This document shows, piece by piece, positions 20,347 to 29,175 of a stretch of DNA of 64,000 nt; within the stretch, counting starts at the first letter, position 1; each line of letters begins with the position of its first letter. This DNA is from Candidatus Woesebacteria bacterium RBG_13_46_13 (GTDB lineage: Bacteria > Patescibacteriota > Microgenomatia > UBA8517): the NCBI GenBank assembly GCA_001791995.1, contig MGFR01000003.1, positions 89,543-153,542 on the forward strand, in the 5' to 3' direction. Both the position numbers and the translations under genes were made by a program. The notes under the pieces are model-generated. The model worked only from the letters and a program-made list of their open reading frames with translations. It did no database searches and had not been told where the DNA came from.

Positions 20347-21429
20347 ATGAAAGAGCTTTCAAGAAGAGATTTTCTAAAGTTTTCTGCCTTAAGTTTGGGT
20401 GCGTTGTCGCTCCCTGACATATCCACCGAAACGGCTGAAACAATTTCGCCACTCGCCGATCTACCTCTTCTTTGGACTCAGGAAACTCCTCTAAAGGTCG
20501 AATATTTGTACAGCTGGGGGGGAAGACGCAATATCCCCGCTGATTGGAGAATGGTTTCGGGTGTACCTCTCGATATATTTACACCAATAAGGCCCGTTCA
20601 CCATAGCAATTTAGAGAACTTTACTTTGGAAACTCATTATCCCTACGCCTGGGTGGCTCCATTACCTCACCTGACTGGTTCTCCCGCCCAATGGGAGGCA
20701 ATTGTAGGCTGGGGAGTCCAAGATTCTATTCTTGTCTATAATGGCCAACTTGTCGGAAAACAAGGCGACTTAATCTCGTCTTATGCTTATGCCGAACAAC
20801 GAGATGTCTACCCCAACAAAATCTGGAACGTTCTTACTGCCCTTATTGGAATTAGTAATTTCGTGAAAAACAATGGGCCTTTGCTTCCGGGAAACAACTA
20901 TTCGATGCTGCAAATGTCAAATCTAATCGAAGACCTTGATGTCAGACACATTTACCGTAATGGTTTTTTGTCTCCTGGTGGGGGAGTCTGTTCGGTGGCA
21001 TCAACTCTCTCCAAGTCGGTTTTTATCGCCTCAGCGAGGGGTTATACGGAGGAGGTAGAAAGAACCCGACACGACCCGATTTACCAATACTGGACTCCCC
21101 CTCTTGAGCCGGGGATAACCAAATGGAATTCCGATGCTACCGTCGCGTATTACAGAAGGAATGCGCAGCCTTTTGACGAAGACAATCTGGACTATATATT
21201 TAAAATAAGGGAGGACTCTTGTCCTTTATATATTTCCGTTCGTGCGCATTTGGCCTTTAACGCCGAGCCGATAGAGGGCGATCTGACTTTTAACACGGAT
21301 GCCAGAATGGCCTTTGCGCTAACTTTGCAGAAAAACAGACCGGCGCTGGATGAACCCTCCGTTTTAGCCAACTTAAGAGAAAGCTATGCAAATTTTCACC
21401 ACTTTGAAGAAGAGATAATTATTCCGTAA
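20347..21429 (+). CDS. VanW-like protein with twin-arginine signal
   Basis: True start MKELSRRDFLK at 20347; GGGVCSVASTL...VERTRH...DATV...LDYIF. Confidence 0.75.
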   Translation: MKELSRRDFLKFSALSLGALSLPDISTETAETISPLADLPLLWTQETPLKVEYLYSWGGRRNIPADWRMVSGVPLDIFTPIRPVHHSNLENFTLETHYPYAWVAPLPHLTGSPAQWEAIVGWGVQDSILVYNGQLVGKQGDLISSYAYAEQRDVYPNKIWNVLTALIGISNFVKNNGPLLPGNNYSMLQMSNLIEDLDVRHIYRNGFLSPGGGVCSVASTLSKSVFIASARGYTEEVERTRHDPIYQYWTPPLEPGITKWNSDATVAYYRRNAQPFDEDNLDYIFKIREDSCPLYISVRAHLAFNAEPIEGDLTFNTDARMAFALTLQKNRPALDEPSVLANLRESYANFHHFEEEIIIP

Positions 21430-22651
21430 CTCCACAAACTTCGCTTTCGGCCTCAAACCCTGTTCCTGAAATATTTCCGGTAATAAAATCCCGAACTTCG
21501 GCTCTTGAAGCAAACCAATAATCGCTGACTAAATCCTCTGCCAAAGGATCGCCCCCGGGAGGCCTTCTTCTGGTCGTGTCCGGGGCAAACCAGTTATTCT
21601 CGGTCGTAAATTCATATCTGGCGGCAAAGGAAGGCATACCGAAACCCGAAGCCTCTCCTCCCGTACCGTTGGTAGCCAACTGTCTGACAAGTTGTCCGAA
21701 AATATCGATAAAGACTCCCGAATCGAAGTTGGTTTGAATGTTTTCCGCAGATTGTTCCCTTTGGAAAAAAAGGAGTCCTTTTCCTAAAAATCCGGCGGCC
21801 GCTAAAGCTCCCTGTGCAAATTCCTGCCTGGCTCGTCTCAACATGGCTTTGAGTACATATTGCTGCACTATATCTCTGTGTACATAGTTTGCATAATACC
21901 TGGCCCTGGATAATCTTAAAAGCTCTTCACCGTTGAGTGTTTGTAGTCCGGCTCTGAAATAGCCCATGTTTAAATCGTCGATTTCCCAGGGGACACAAAC
22001 CTCAAGTTGGTTATCATATAGATTCTCAACTGCCCTGATCAAAAACTCCATATCCACCAGGACCACAAAATCACAAGATAGACCGGTTGCGTCCTCGAGG
22101 ACTTTTTCCATTAGAGGCATTCCTCCGTTGATGTGTGCCTGGTTTGCCATGTATACCCGGTTGTTTCCTAAATATCTTGATACTTCAGGTACAGAAACCC
22201 CTCGGGGAACAGCCACGATTCTTATCTCATTCGTCTCTATGTCTAAGGACATCATCTGCATACTGTCGGTCAGTACTCTCTCACTACCTTTGCCCAAAAT
22301 TATAAAATTTATTCGGCCTTCATTGAGTTCTCTGTCGACCCGCTGCCAGTAGTCTGGATCAGCTTCGGCCTTTTCTTCTCTTCTGCGGTCGGCCACTTCG
22401 TACAAAGCCGGGTAAACATATTTCTCAAAATAACTTCTCGTATCCGGTGTTGCTGAAGGTTCAACCGTCGGCACCTCTTGAGTTGGCGGCAAAGGGGAAA
22501 AGGGGGAGGGGCTGGGCTCGAGAGTGGGTAACGGCGATACATCTCTTTGGGGATAATTACAGGCAGCCAGCAAGGCTGATGCCGAGATAAGTCCGGTTGC
22601 TCTGATAAAGTCTCTTCTGGAAAGACTTGTTGGTTTTTCTATTTTTGTCAT
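21419..22651 (-). CDS. LytR/CpsA/Psr (LCP) family lipoprotein with twin-arginine signal
   Basis: LSRRDFIR plus lipobox LAAC, Pro/Ser/Thr linker, NFIILG..LTDSM, VPR, LNGEELLRLSRAR, R...QQ. Confidence 0.8.
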   Translation of the reverse strand: MTKIEKPTSLSRRDFIRATGLISASALLAACNYPQRDVSPLPTLEPSPSPFSPLPPTQEVPTVEPSATPDTRSYFEKYVYPALYEVADRRREEKAEADPDYWQRVDRELNEGRINFIILGKGSERVLTDSMQMMSLDIETNEIRIVAVPRGVSVPEVSRYLGNNRVYMANQAHINGGMPLMEKVLEDATGLSCDFVVLVDMEFLIRAVENLYDNQLEVCVPWEIDDLNMGYFRAGLQTLNGEELLRLSRARYYANYVHRDIVQQYVLKAMLRRARQEFAQGALAAAGFLGKGLLFFQREQSAENIQTNFDSGVFIDIFGQLVRQLATNGTGGEASGFGMPSFAARYEFTTENNWFAPDTTRRRPPGGDPLAEDLVSDYWFASRAEVRDFITGNISGTGFEAESEVCGVTE

Positions 22652-22668
22652 GGCTGCCGATTATACAA

Positions 22669-23748
22669 CTAACGATTTATCCTTTCCAAACGGTCGTTTC
22701 TGGTGGAAGGAAGGCTTGCTACTAATTCGTCAAAACCGACCCACCGATTCCAGTCTTCATATATTCCATACCTGTCTACAAGTCTTAGGTATCTTTCCAG
22801 CCTTGAAAAGTAAACCATGGGCTCCTCTCTGCCAAATACCAGCCTATTTTCAATCTTTCCCTTCAGAGCAGCCACGCCCAAAAGGAATCTTAAGGTTGCC
22901 ATATGATAATCACCAGGATCGGATTTTTGTTGAATCTCGTGGTGTCCCACAACATCCCAGGGCGTTAATCCAAACTGTCGCATCGCGGCAATACATAAAG
23001 AGAGGGTGTGGGCAAACTGCAGTCGAGGGGGTTCAATGTCCGAAGGGAATCTTTCCTCGAACCGGGTGCCTATTTGTTCATAACCTACCGCATATGAATT
23101 AAAATCGGTTATTCCCGCCTCAACAACTCCCTTCAGTTTTGAGGTAATTCCGAGGCTATCGAATCTTTCTACCGTTCTTGCTCTGCTGGGATCCAATTCG
23201 GGATGAATAGGGCTTATGTATACATGCAGTCCCCTGTCCGGAAGAAGGGGATTACCGCTGGCTGTCTGGGTCTGCAGAATTCCGTAACCTCCAATCCCCG
23301 AATCGTTTCTGGCAATCGGGGAATTATCCACACACCACTGGACGGTGGGACCCAAACCGTTTCCGTCCGGGTCATTGCCGTTTAAGCCCCAAACAGTATT
23401 TAGGGCCGTTCTTTCAGCACCGCTGAGTCGATAACGTTCTCCTCCGTCGTAATGAACTACTAGAAGCCTAACCTCCTGCATCGGATTTCTTTCCACTTCG
23501 TTTCTGTAGGTAGGAATTAAGCTGATTCCGGAGTCTTCTCCGTTTTTTCCCGTTTTTAACTTTATCAAGTTCCCCTCAGCGTCGAAACCCAGAGGGGTCG
23601 TTTTTGAAAGGATATCTGAAATTCTTTCGTTAGTTTCAATCGCGTTTTCCGGGATAAACCTTAACTTATCCATAAGTATGGCGGCACCCAAAAATTGCGT
23701 ACCTACTTTTAGAAAATCCCTTCTTGATAGAGTTCTCTCTTTAGACAT
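22669..23748 (-). CDS. N-acetylmuramoyl-L-alanine amidase (Amidase_2/AmpD-like) with twin-arginine signal
   Basis: LSRRDFLK; LVVHYD, AVGYEQIG, VVGHHEIQQKSDPG (His/Glu/His/Asp ligands). Confidence 0.82.
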   Translation of the reverse strand: MSKERTLSRRDFLKVGTQFLGAAILMDKLRFIPENAIETNERISDILSKTTPLGFDAEGNLIKLKTGKNGEDSGISLIPTYRNEVERNPMQEVRLLVVHYDGGERYRLSGAERTALNTVWGLNGNDPDGNGLGPTVQWCVDNSPIARNDSGIGGYGILQTQTASGNPLLPDRGLHVYISPIHPELDPSRARTVERFDSLGITSKLKGVVEAGITDFNSYAVGYEQIGTRFEERFPSDIEPPRLQFAHTLSLCIAAMRQFGLTPWDVVGHHEIQQKSDPGDYHMATLRFLLGVAALKGKIENRLVFGREEPMVYFSRLERYLRLVDRYGIYEDWNRWVGFDELVASLPSTRNDRLERINR

Positions 23749-25528
23749 TTGCCCTCCTCATACCAACCCAGTTAATTGGAGGTCTACCGAAAATTGCGTA
23801 CTTATTAGTTTCGTCCACCTTAAAAAGTCTTACTTTGCCGTCAAAGCCTCGATTCGCATCCGAAACCAATAATGCCGTTTTTCCGTCTATCGTTTTTTTT
23901 GCAACAATAGCACCCACATGCCCGGCTCCCTGATCGTAGGGAACATTCTGTGTCACAAAAAGATCTCCGGGCTCGAAGTCCTCAAGTCTTTCTGTTGAAA
24001 CATAGGTGGTCCACCCACGTAGCACTCTCGGCCCGCCGCCTCCTCTTAACTCCTCGGGTACCAAATCCCTTGCGTAATTAATATCAAAACCGCTGATGTT
24101 TAAAGGCGAGTTGGCTCTTCCGAGAGATGAAAGAAAAATAACCCAAGCTACACATTGGGTTACCTGAGTTGGAAACCTCCAGTTTTGTTGATCAATATTG
24201 TCTAAACCGCAATTAAGACTCTCTTTCGTGCTAGCGTCTAGATTTTCGTACCACTCACTTTCCTTAATGTAGCTCCCTAAGGTTTTTTCGTGTCTCTCCC
24301 AATACTCTTCGTAGGGATACTCTCTAATATATCTTTCCACCAGTACCTGCACCGCCAAGATATCTCTGGTTAAGCTGTCATTGGCAAGTTCCTCCTCAAA
24401 GCCGCTTCGGTCTTCTTCGTTTCTTACTGATCGGTACAAATCTCTGTAGAAAATTCCCTCTCCCGGAGCGTATGATTCCATGAGCATTCCTTCCTGAACT
24501 TCGCTCGCCGGCGCGATTCCCCTGAGGTTGTAGTCGTCGTATGCTTCTTTTATCCTTTCTATTTTCGATAGTTGTTCTGCCAAATTTGGTCTTTCCCTTT
24601 GCAAACTGAGGGTAAGAAGTAGCCTTGAGTTGTTTCCAGTTAACCCGTCTGTCTGTCGTGGCCCCCTGATCGCCATAGCGGCATCGATAGAAATATAAAA
24701 ATCTTGTGAAGGGGTCCATCTAAAATCAGACTCTATTCCTCCGGTGCTGCTGATGGTGGCGTCGCCTTCTAAGGACACTTCAGGATCGAGGGGCCCGACC
24801 CAATAGGTGCTCCAATAAGAATGAGCCTGCCTTTCGTCTACCCTCGTCTCGGTTAACGAAAGAGCGTGTGAAAGTGTGGTCGCGAAGCCACATACTCCTG
24901 CTCCTCTGATCTGTACTCCGTTTATTTCTCCATAACGATACGCACGGTCGCCTCTGATGTCTAAGATACTAAGGGTCGAATATGACGTTCCACTTCTGAA
25001 TATCCCCTGTCTGAGTTGGTGCCGCAAAAACTGGGCCGCGCTTTCAAGGAGATTGTGTTGCTTGTTAGGGTAATACTCCCCAATCATTGAAAAATCGGCA
25101 ATGTCGGGTTCCCGCAGCTTATCTATAAACGATAAACCCGTTGCCTCTTCCGCCAGAATCGCTAAAGGCAAAGTCTTAACCCCCGTTGTGTGGTGCAGCG
25201 GTGCAACTTTGATTCTGCCCCCGTCAGGGGTTCTTAAGGTAAATATTTTTGAAAATGAAGCATCCACCCCACCTAAACTCCAAACTTCAATAGGTTTGGT
25301 TGAACTCAAAAAATAATCGTCACGAAGAGGAAAACAAACGACAGGGGTCTCTTCCAATCTAATTATCCCCGGCCTTTCCTCTATCCCCAACACCTCAAGG
25401 CTGTCATGACCAAGAAGGTTCTTGCCTCTCTCCCTCTGCATTTCTTGGGGATGCGTAATTAGCGCTCCGGCACCAACGCCCATTAGCTTTAAGAAATCTC
25501 TCCTGGAAAGTTTTTCACAACCGCTCAT
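23741..25528 (-). CDS. VanW-like + CHAP domain protein with twin-arginine signal
   Basis: LSRRDFLK; GAGVCGFATTL..ERQAH..DATI (VanW-like); QCVAWV..PGDLFV..GHVGAIV..VSDAN (CHAP Cys-His). Confidence 0.75.
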   Translation of the reverse strand: MSGCEKLSRRDFLKLMGVGAGALITHPQEMQRERGKNLLGHDSLEVLGIEERPGIIRLEETPVVCFPLRDDYFLSSTKPIEVWSLGGVDASFSKIFTLRTPDGGRIKVAPLHHTTGVKTLPLAILAEEATGLSFIDKLREPDIADFSMIGEYYPNKQHNLLESAAQFLRHQLRQGIFRSGTSYSTLSILDIRGDRAYRYGEINGVQIRGAGVCGFATTLSHALSLTETRVDERQAHSYWSTYWVGPLDPEVSLEGDATISSTGGIESDFRWTPSQDFYISIDAAMAIRGPRQTDGLTGNNSRLLLTLSLQRERPNLAEQLSKIERIKEAYDDYNLRGIAPASEVQEGMLMESYAPGEGIFYRDLYRSVRNEEDRSGFEEELANDSLTRDILAVQVLVERYIREYPYEEYWERHEKTLGSYIKESEWYENLDASTKESLNCGLDNIDQQNWRFPTQVTQCVAWVIFLSSLGRANSPLNISGFDINYARDLVPEELRGGGGPRVLRGWTTYVSTERLEDFEPGDLFVTQNVPYDQGAGHVGAIVAKKTIDGKTALLVSDANRGFDGKVRLFKVDETNKYAIFGRPPINWVGMRRANV

Positions 25529-26469
25529 CTTGCCTCCTCCTCGATGTTTCTTAAAAGATCCTGCCTAAAGGAATCCCAGTTGAAATAGCCTTCTCCCCGG
25601 ACATAAGGGTAGTAGGTTCCTATCAAAGGCTCTCCTGCTCTGGCCGTTCGGCCGTAGGCTCCGAAAAGCATCCTAAAATGGCTAAGCAAGGCATCCTCAT
25701 GAGCGGCTTCGTCATAAGGAAAGGCAAAAAAGTTTACCGGTCTGCCCAGAATTTGGCTTATCTCCTCCTGAGCCGTCACGGCATCGCGGACGGCATCGCT
25801 TTCGGAAATTTGGGGATAGTGGGGGTGGGCCATCCCGTGAGAACCCGGAATAAGAGTCCCATCTTCGAAGTACCCTTTAATAATATCCCAGCCAAGCTGG
25901 GTCGCCGAAGCAGTCTCGGGAATACTGGTTGGCCTGATAAAAAGAATGGACTTAAGACCATATTGCTTTAAAAGACAAAAACCATCTTCGTAATCAAAAT
26001 ACGGCATCCCCAAATCGATTCTGACAATTACGCTTCTTGCGGGAAGTCCGTGTTTGCCTTCCAGCCAACCCAAGAGGTCTTCTTCGCTCGGAGTGTAAAA
26101 ACCCATCTCTTGGATAATTCTCAATTGCTCCTCATAAACCTGCGGAGTCATATAGTATTCTCCATGGTCCGAACCGCTTACCCCGAAATTGGGATTGTGC
26201 TGTTCCAAAACCGGTATCTGCTGTTCAGGGTTGAAAGGAATCGCTTCTACTCCCGATAAAGCCTCAACTGTTGCCTCAGGAGTGGTAGTCGGAGCAATAG
26301 TGGGTTCCGGGGAGGGAGAAGGAGTGTCAGATGGAGCTAAACGAGTCGCTGTAGGTTCAGCTGTTGGGTCTAAGGTGGCACCGTTTCTCCTGCAAGAGGT
26401 TAAAAACCCAGCCAAAAAAAGGGCCCCCACCTTGAGAAATTCCTGTCTTGATAGTCTTTCTTTACCCAT
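25525..26469 (-). CDS. IcaB/PgaB-like polysaccharide deacetylase lipoprotein with twin-arginine-like (RQ) signal
   Basis: LSRQEFLK plus LTSC lipobox, PT linker, IPVLEQH, VRIDLG, GSHGMAH, FAFPY. Confidence 0.75.
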   Translation of the reverse strand: MGKERLSRQEFLKVGALFLAGFLTSCRRNGATLDPTAEPTATRLAPSDTPSPSPEPTIAPTTTPEATVEALSGVEAIPFNPEQQIPVLEQHNPNFGVSGSDHGEYYMTPQVYEEQLRIIQEMGFYTPSEEDLLGWLEGKHGLPARSVIVRIDLGMPYFDYEDGFCLLKQYGLKSILFIRPTSIPETASATQLGWDIIKGYFEDGTLIPGSHGMAHPHYPQISESDAVRDAVTAQEEISQILGRPVNFFAFPYDEAAHEDALLSHFRMLFGAYGRTARAGEPLIGTYYPYVRGEGYFNWDSFRQDLLRNIEEEAR

Positions 26470-26563
26470 TTAGCGGGCAGGTGCCTAATTTATCATACTA
26501 TAGTGTAATATTCAACCTATAAGGTAGTTTCCGGTATTTTTGCTGTTTGGGGAAGAAGAGAGC

Positions 26564-27211
26564 TTAGAATTTAAGCAGGTAGAGGATCTTTGCTTTAGTC
26601 TTAAGTTCCGTTATCCAGCTACTATAGGCATCCGACAGTTTTTGCTGGTAGAGCTGCTCTTTGACACTGTCTTTGACATCTTCAAGCTTGGCCTTGGCGT
26701 CAAATAGGTCCGTGTTCTTCTCAAAATAGGTCTTTATCTCCTCATCCGTAATGCTTATTTTGGAGCTCAAAAGAGCCTCGACCGTCTTTTGCAGGCGTAT
26801 CTGCTCGATTAAGCTGGCACGGGTTTCGCCCCTCATGGAAAGAGCCTCATCCAAAGTCAAGTTCTGGTCTTTGAGAAGAGTCTCAATTCTCTCTATTTCG
26901 GTATCAACAGCACTCTTCTCTACCGTGACCTTCTGCTTCCTGGCTTCCTGAAAAATCAGAGATTTCTCGATTAGGCTGTCGAGAACCTTTTGCCCACCTT
27001 GCACCTCCAGCTCTTTAATCAGGGAGAGCCTGGATACCGGCATTCCGTTGACAAAAGCGGCCACCAGCAGTGATTTACCCAGAAATAGAACCAGAAGAAC
27101 CGCAGTCGTTACCAAACCAATCTTAAACCATTTACCTCTGTAGGCTCTGGAGACAAATTTTTTGCTTGCCAGGAACCCCGCTTTGATGGTCTTTTTGTTG
27201 ATGGCCTTCAT
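26564..27211 (-). CDS. SurA N-terminal domain / PrsA-like foldase lacking a rotamase domain
   Basis: TM then AAFVNG.., VLDSLIEKSLIFQEARKQKV, ITDEEIKTYF, WITELKTKAKI. Confidence 0.8.
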   Translation of the reverse strand: MKAINKKTIKAGFLASKKFVSRAYRGKWFKIGLVTTAVLLVLFLGKSLLVAAFVNGMPVSRLSLIKELEVQGGQKVLDSLIEKSLIFQEARKQKVTVEKSAVDTEIERIETLLKDQNLTLDEALSMRGETRASLIEQIRLQKTVEALLSSKISITDEEIKTYFEKNTDLFDAKAKLEDVKDSVKEQLYQQKLSDAYSSWITELKTKAKILYLLKF

Positions 27212-27216
27212 GGAAA

Positions 27217-28170
27217 TTATTTTAACACAAAAAGAATCACATTGGGCAAGCCTCTTCCCGGTCCGACCTTATAGCCTCCCCACCAAAGGGCGGTTGAGCC
27301 ACCGTTGTCGAGGTTTAGGGCGTTATCCATACCCAATGCCTTAAGAACTCTGGCACTCTCGGCGACTGTGGCGTTATGGACTACACCGATATAAACCAGA
27401 TTGCCTTTGTTGGCCACAAAACTCCTGGCTCCCTTACTGCCCATCTTGGGGTCGGAATTGCCTCCGAAGGAAACATTACCCCCGGATACCAAAAGAGGGT
27501 AATTCGACAAAACTCCGTTGGGGCCGGTGTCTCTGCCCCATTCCTGGATGGCTCCGACGAACCTGACATAGCCATCGCCAAAGATAACGCCGGGGTTTGT
27601 ACTGTAAACGTTTTTATCGCTATTGATATAGGTCTTATTCTTATTCATTACCAAAAAATCGAAGGTGTTTTCCTTGCCGGCACAGGAGGCATAATCCCTG
27701 GGACAAAAATAGGTCCCGTTAATTCCAGCATAGGCATTATTTCTGGCAGCATATTCGCCCAAGGAAAGTACGGGACAGTTGGAGGAACAATCCGAAGCCG
27801 AAGCGGTATCCACAATTACCCGAGTCGAGGCAATATCTGCCGATCCCAGACTAACTGTAAAAACCCCGACGTCTGTCGTCACGCTGACTTTGCCGTAACC
27901 GGAGACGGGGGGGGTTGTTGCCAATGCCGCGGTCGGGGCCGGAGTGGCAGTTGCGGTTGGTGTAACGGTCGGCGTTGCCGTCGGTACTGCTGTTGCTGTC
28001 GGTGTCGAAGAGATTTCTACCGAGGCTGTCGGGGAAGGAATGGGGGCTTCGCTATTTTCGGAAACTGTTTTTACGGGAACTTTCAGAAAGATAACTCCCA
28101 CCGACAAGGCAAAGGCCAATATTAAAAGTGGGATAGGGATAAATCCTAAGGGGGGCAGAGGCTTTTTCAT
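27217..28170 (-). CDS. Phosphodiester glycosidase (NAGPA/DUF2233) family protein with PT-rich stalk
   Basis: AGINGTYF, ARSFVA, ALNLDNGGST, GRGLPNVI; N-terminal TM and (TATP)n linker. Confidence 0.82.
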   Translation of the reverse strand: MKKPLPPLGFIPIPLLILAFALSVGVIFLKVPVKTVSENSEAPIPSPTASVEISSTPTATAVPTATPTVTPTATATPAPTAALATTPPVSGYGKVSVTTDVGVFTVSLGSADIASTRVIVDTASASDCSSNCPVLSLGEYAARNNAYAGINGTYFCPRDYASCAGKENTFDFLVMNKNKTYINSDKNVYSTNPGVIFGDGYVRFVGAIQEWGRDTGPNGVLSNYPLLVSGGNVSFGGNSDPKMGSKGARSFVANKGNLVYIGVVHNATVAESARVLKALGMDNALNLDNGGSTALWWGGYKVGPGRGLPNVILFVLK

Positions 28171-28183
28171 CTTAGTCAGTATA

Positions 28184-28747
28184 TTATATCTTTTTAAATT
28201 CGTCGCCGTGCCCCGGATATATCAGAACATTACCTAACCTTGTAATCTTAGCGATGCTTTTATCCAGTTCATCTTTTTCAGAATAATAAAAATCGGTCCT
28301 TCCCAAAGCTCCACCGGCAAAAATTAAGTCCCCTGAAAATAGCAGCTTTTCTTTTGCAGAATAAAAGCAAAGCCCTCCTGGAGTGTGTCCAGGACATTCA
28401 ATGACCGATAAAGAAGCCTTTCCTATTCCTATTTTGTCTTTTCTTTTAAGATCCTTTGTAATAACAGGGGCTGGGGAGAGCTTGTTTAACAAAAACTCGT
28501 CCTTTGCGCTCATCCATAAAGGAATCTTATAAGCCAACATCAACTCATAAGCGGAGCCAAGGTGGTCAAAGTGTCCGTGGGTTACCAGAACTTTCATGGG
28601 GGTTAAACTTAAATCAGCGATAACTCTTTCGATATAATCGGCATCTTCCCCGGGATCAATAATAACCGCTTCTTTGCTGAGCTGGTCATAGACCAGATAG
28701 CAATTTTCTGCCATTTCGCCCACGACCAATTTTTTGACATTTAACAT
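28184..28747 (-). CDS. MBL-fold metallo-hydrolase (glyoxalase II-like)
   Basis: THGHFDH, PGHTPGG, FSGDLIF, YPGHG. Confidence 0.92.
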   Translation of the reverse strand: MLNVKKLVVGEMAENCYLVYDQLSKEAVIIDPGEDADYIERVIADLSLTPMKVLVTHGHFDHLGSAYELMLAYKIPLWMSAKDEFLLNKLSPAPVITKDLKRKDKIGIGKASLSVIECPGHTPGGLCFYSAKEKLLFSGDLIFAGGALGRTDFYYSEKDELDKSIAKITRLGNVLIYPGHGDEFKKI

Positions 28748-28776
28748 CTTAGTCAGGATATTCGGCGCCGAGAGGC

Positions 28777-29142
28777 TTATTTGGAACGCTTCCCGGACGA
28801 GGTTTTTCTGTGGGTACGCGAGTAAATCTTTTCGATTTCCCTCGGGGCTTTCTTGCGGACATAATACAGCTTAGCTCTTTTAACCCCTGCTAGCCCTTTT
28901 TTAACGATACTGATTTTTTCTATAGTAGGAGAATCCAGGGGGAAAATCCTCTCGATACCTATTGCCCCTGCCCCTATCTTTCTGACAGTGAACATCTTGT
29001 TGGCTTCTCTGCCTTTGATGGCAATTAAAATCCCTTCAAAGATTTGGGTTCTTTCCTTATCTCCCTCTTTTATTTTTTGGGAAACACGAATTAGGTCGCC
29101 GACTCCGACTTCGATATCTTTATGTATAAATTTGATTGCCAT
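28777..29142 (-). CDS. rplS: 50S ribosomal protein L19
   Basis: [27 protein letters not shown]. Confidence 0.96.
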   Translation of the reverse strand: MAIKFIHKDIEVGVGDLIRVSQKIKEGDKERTQIFEGILIAIKGREANKMFTVRKIGAGAIGIERIFPLDSPTIEKISIVKKGLAGVKRAKLYYVRKKAPREIEKIYSRTHRKTSSGKRSK

Positions 29143-29175
29143 AAGTGCCTATTTTACAGGAGCGAAGCTGTTTCT

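Noticed and set aside
27920-28005. Low-complexity GC-rich repeats (also 42874-42900)
   Set aside because: They encode ordinary Pro/Thr/Ala linkers of surface proteins.
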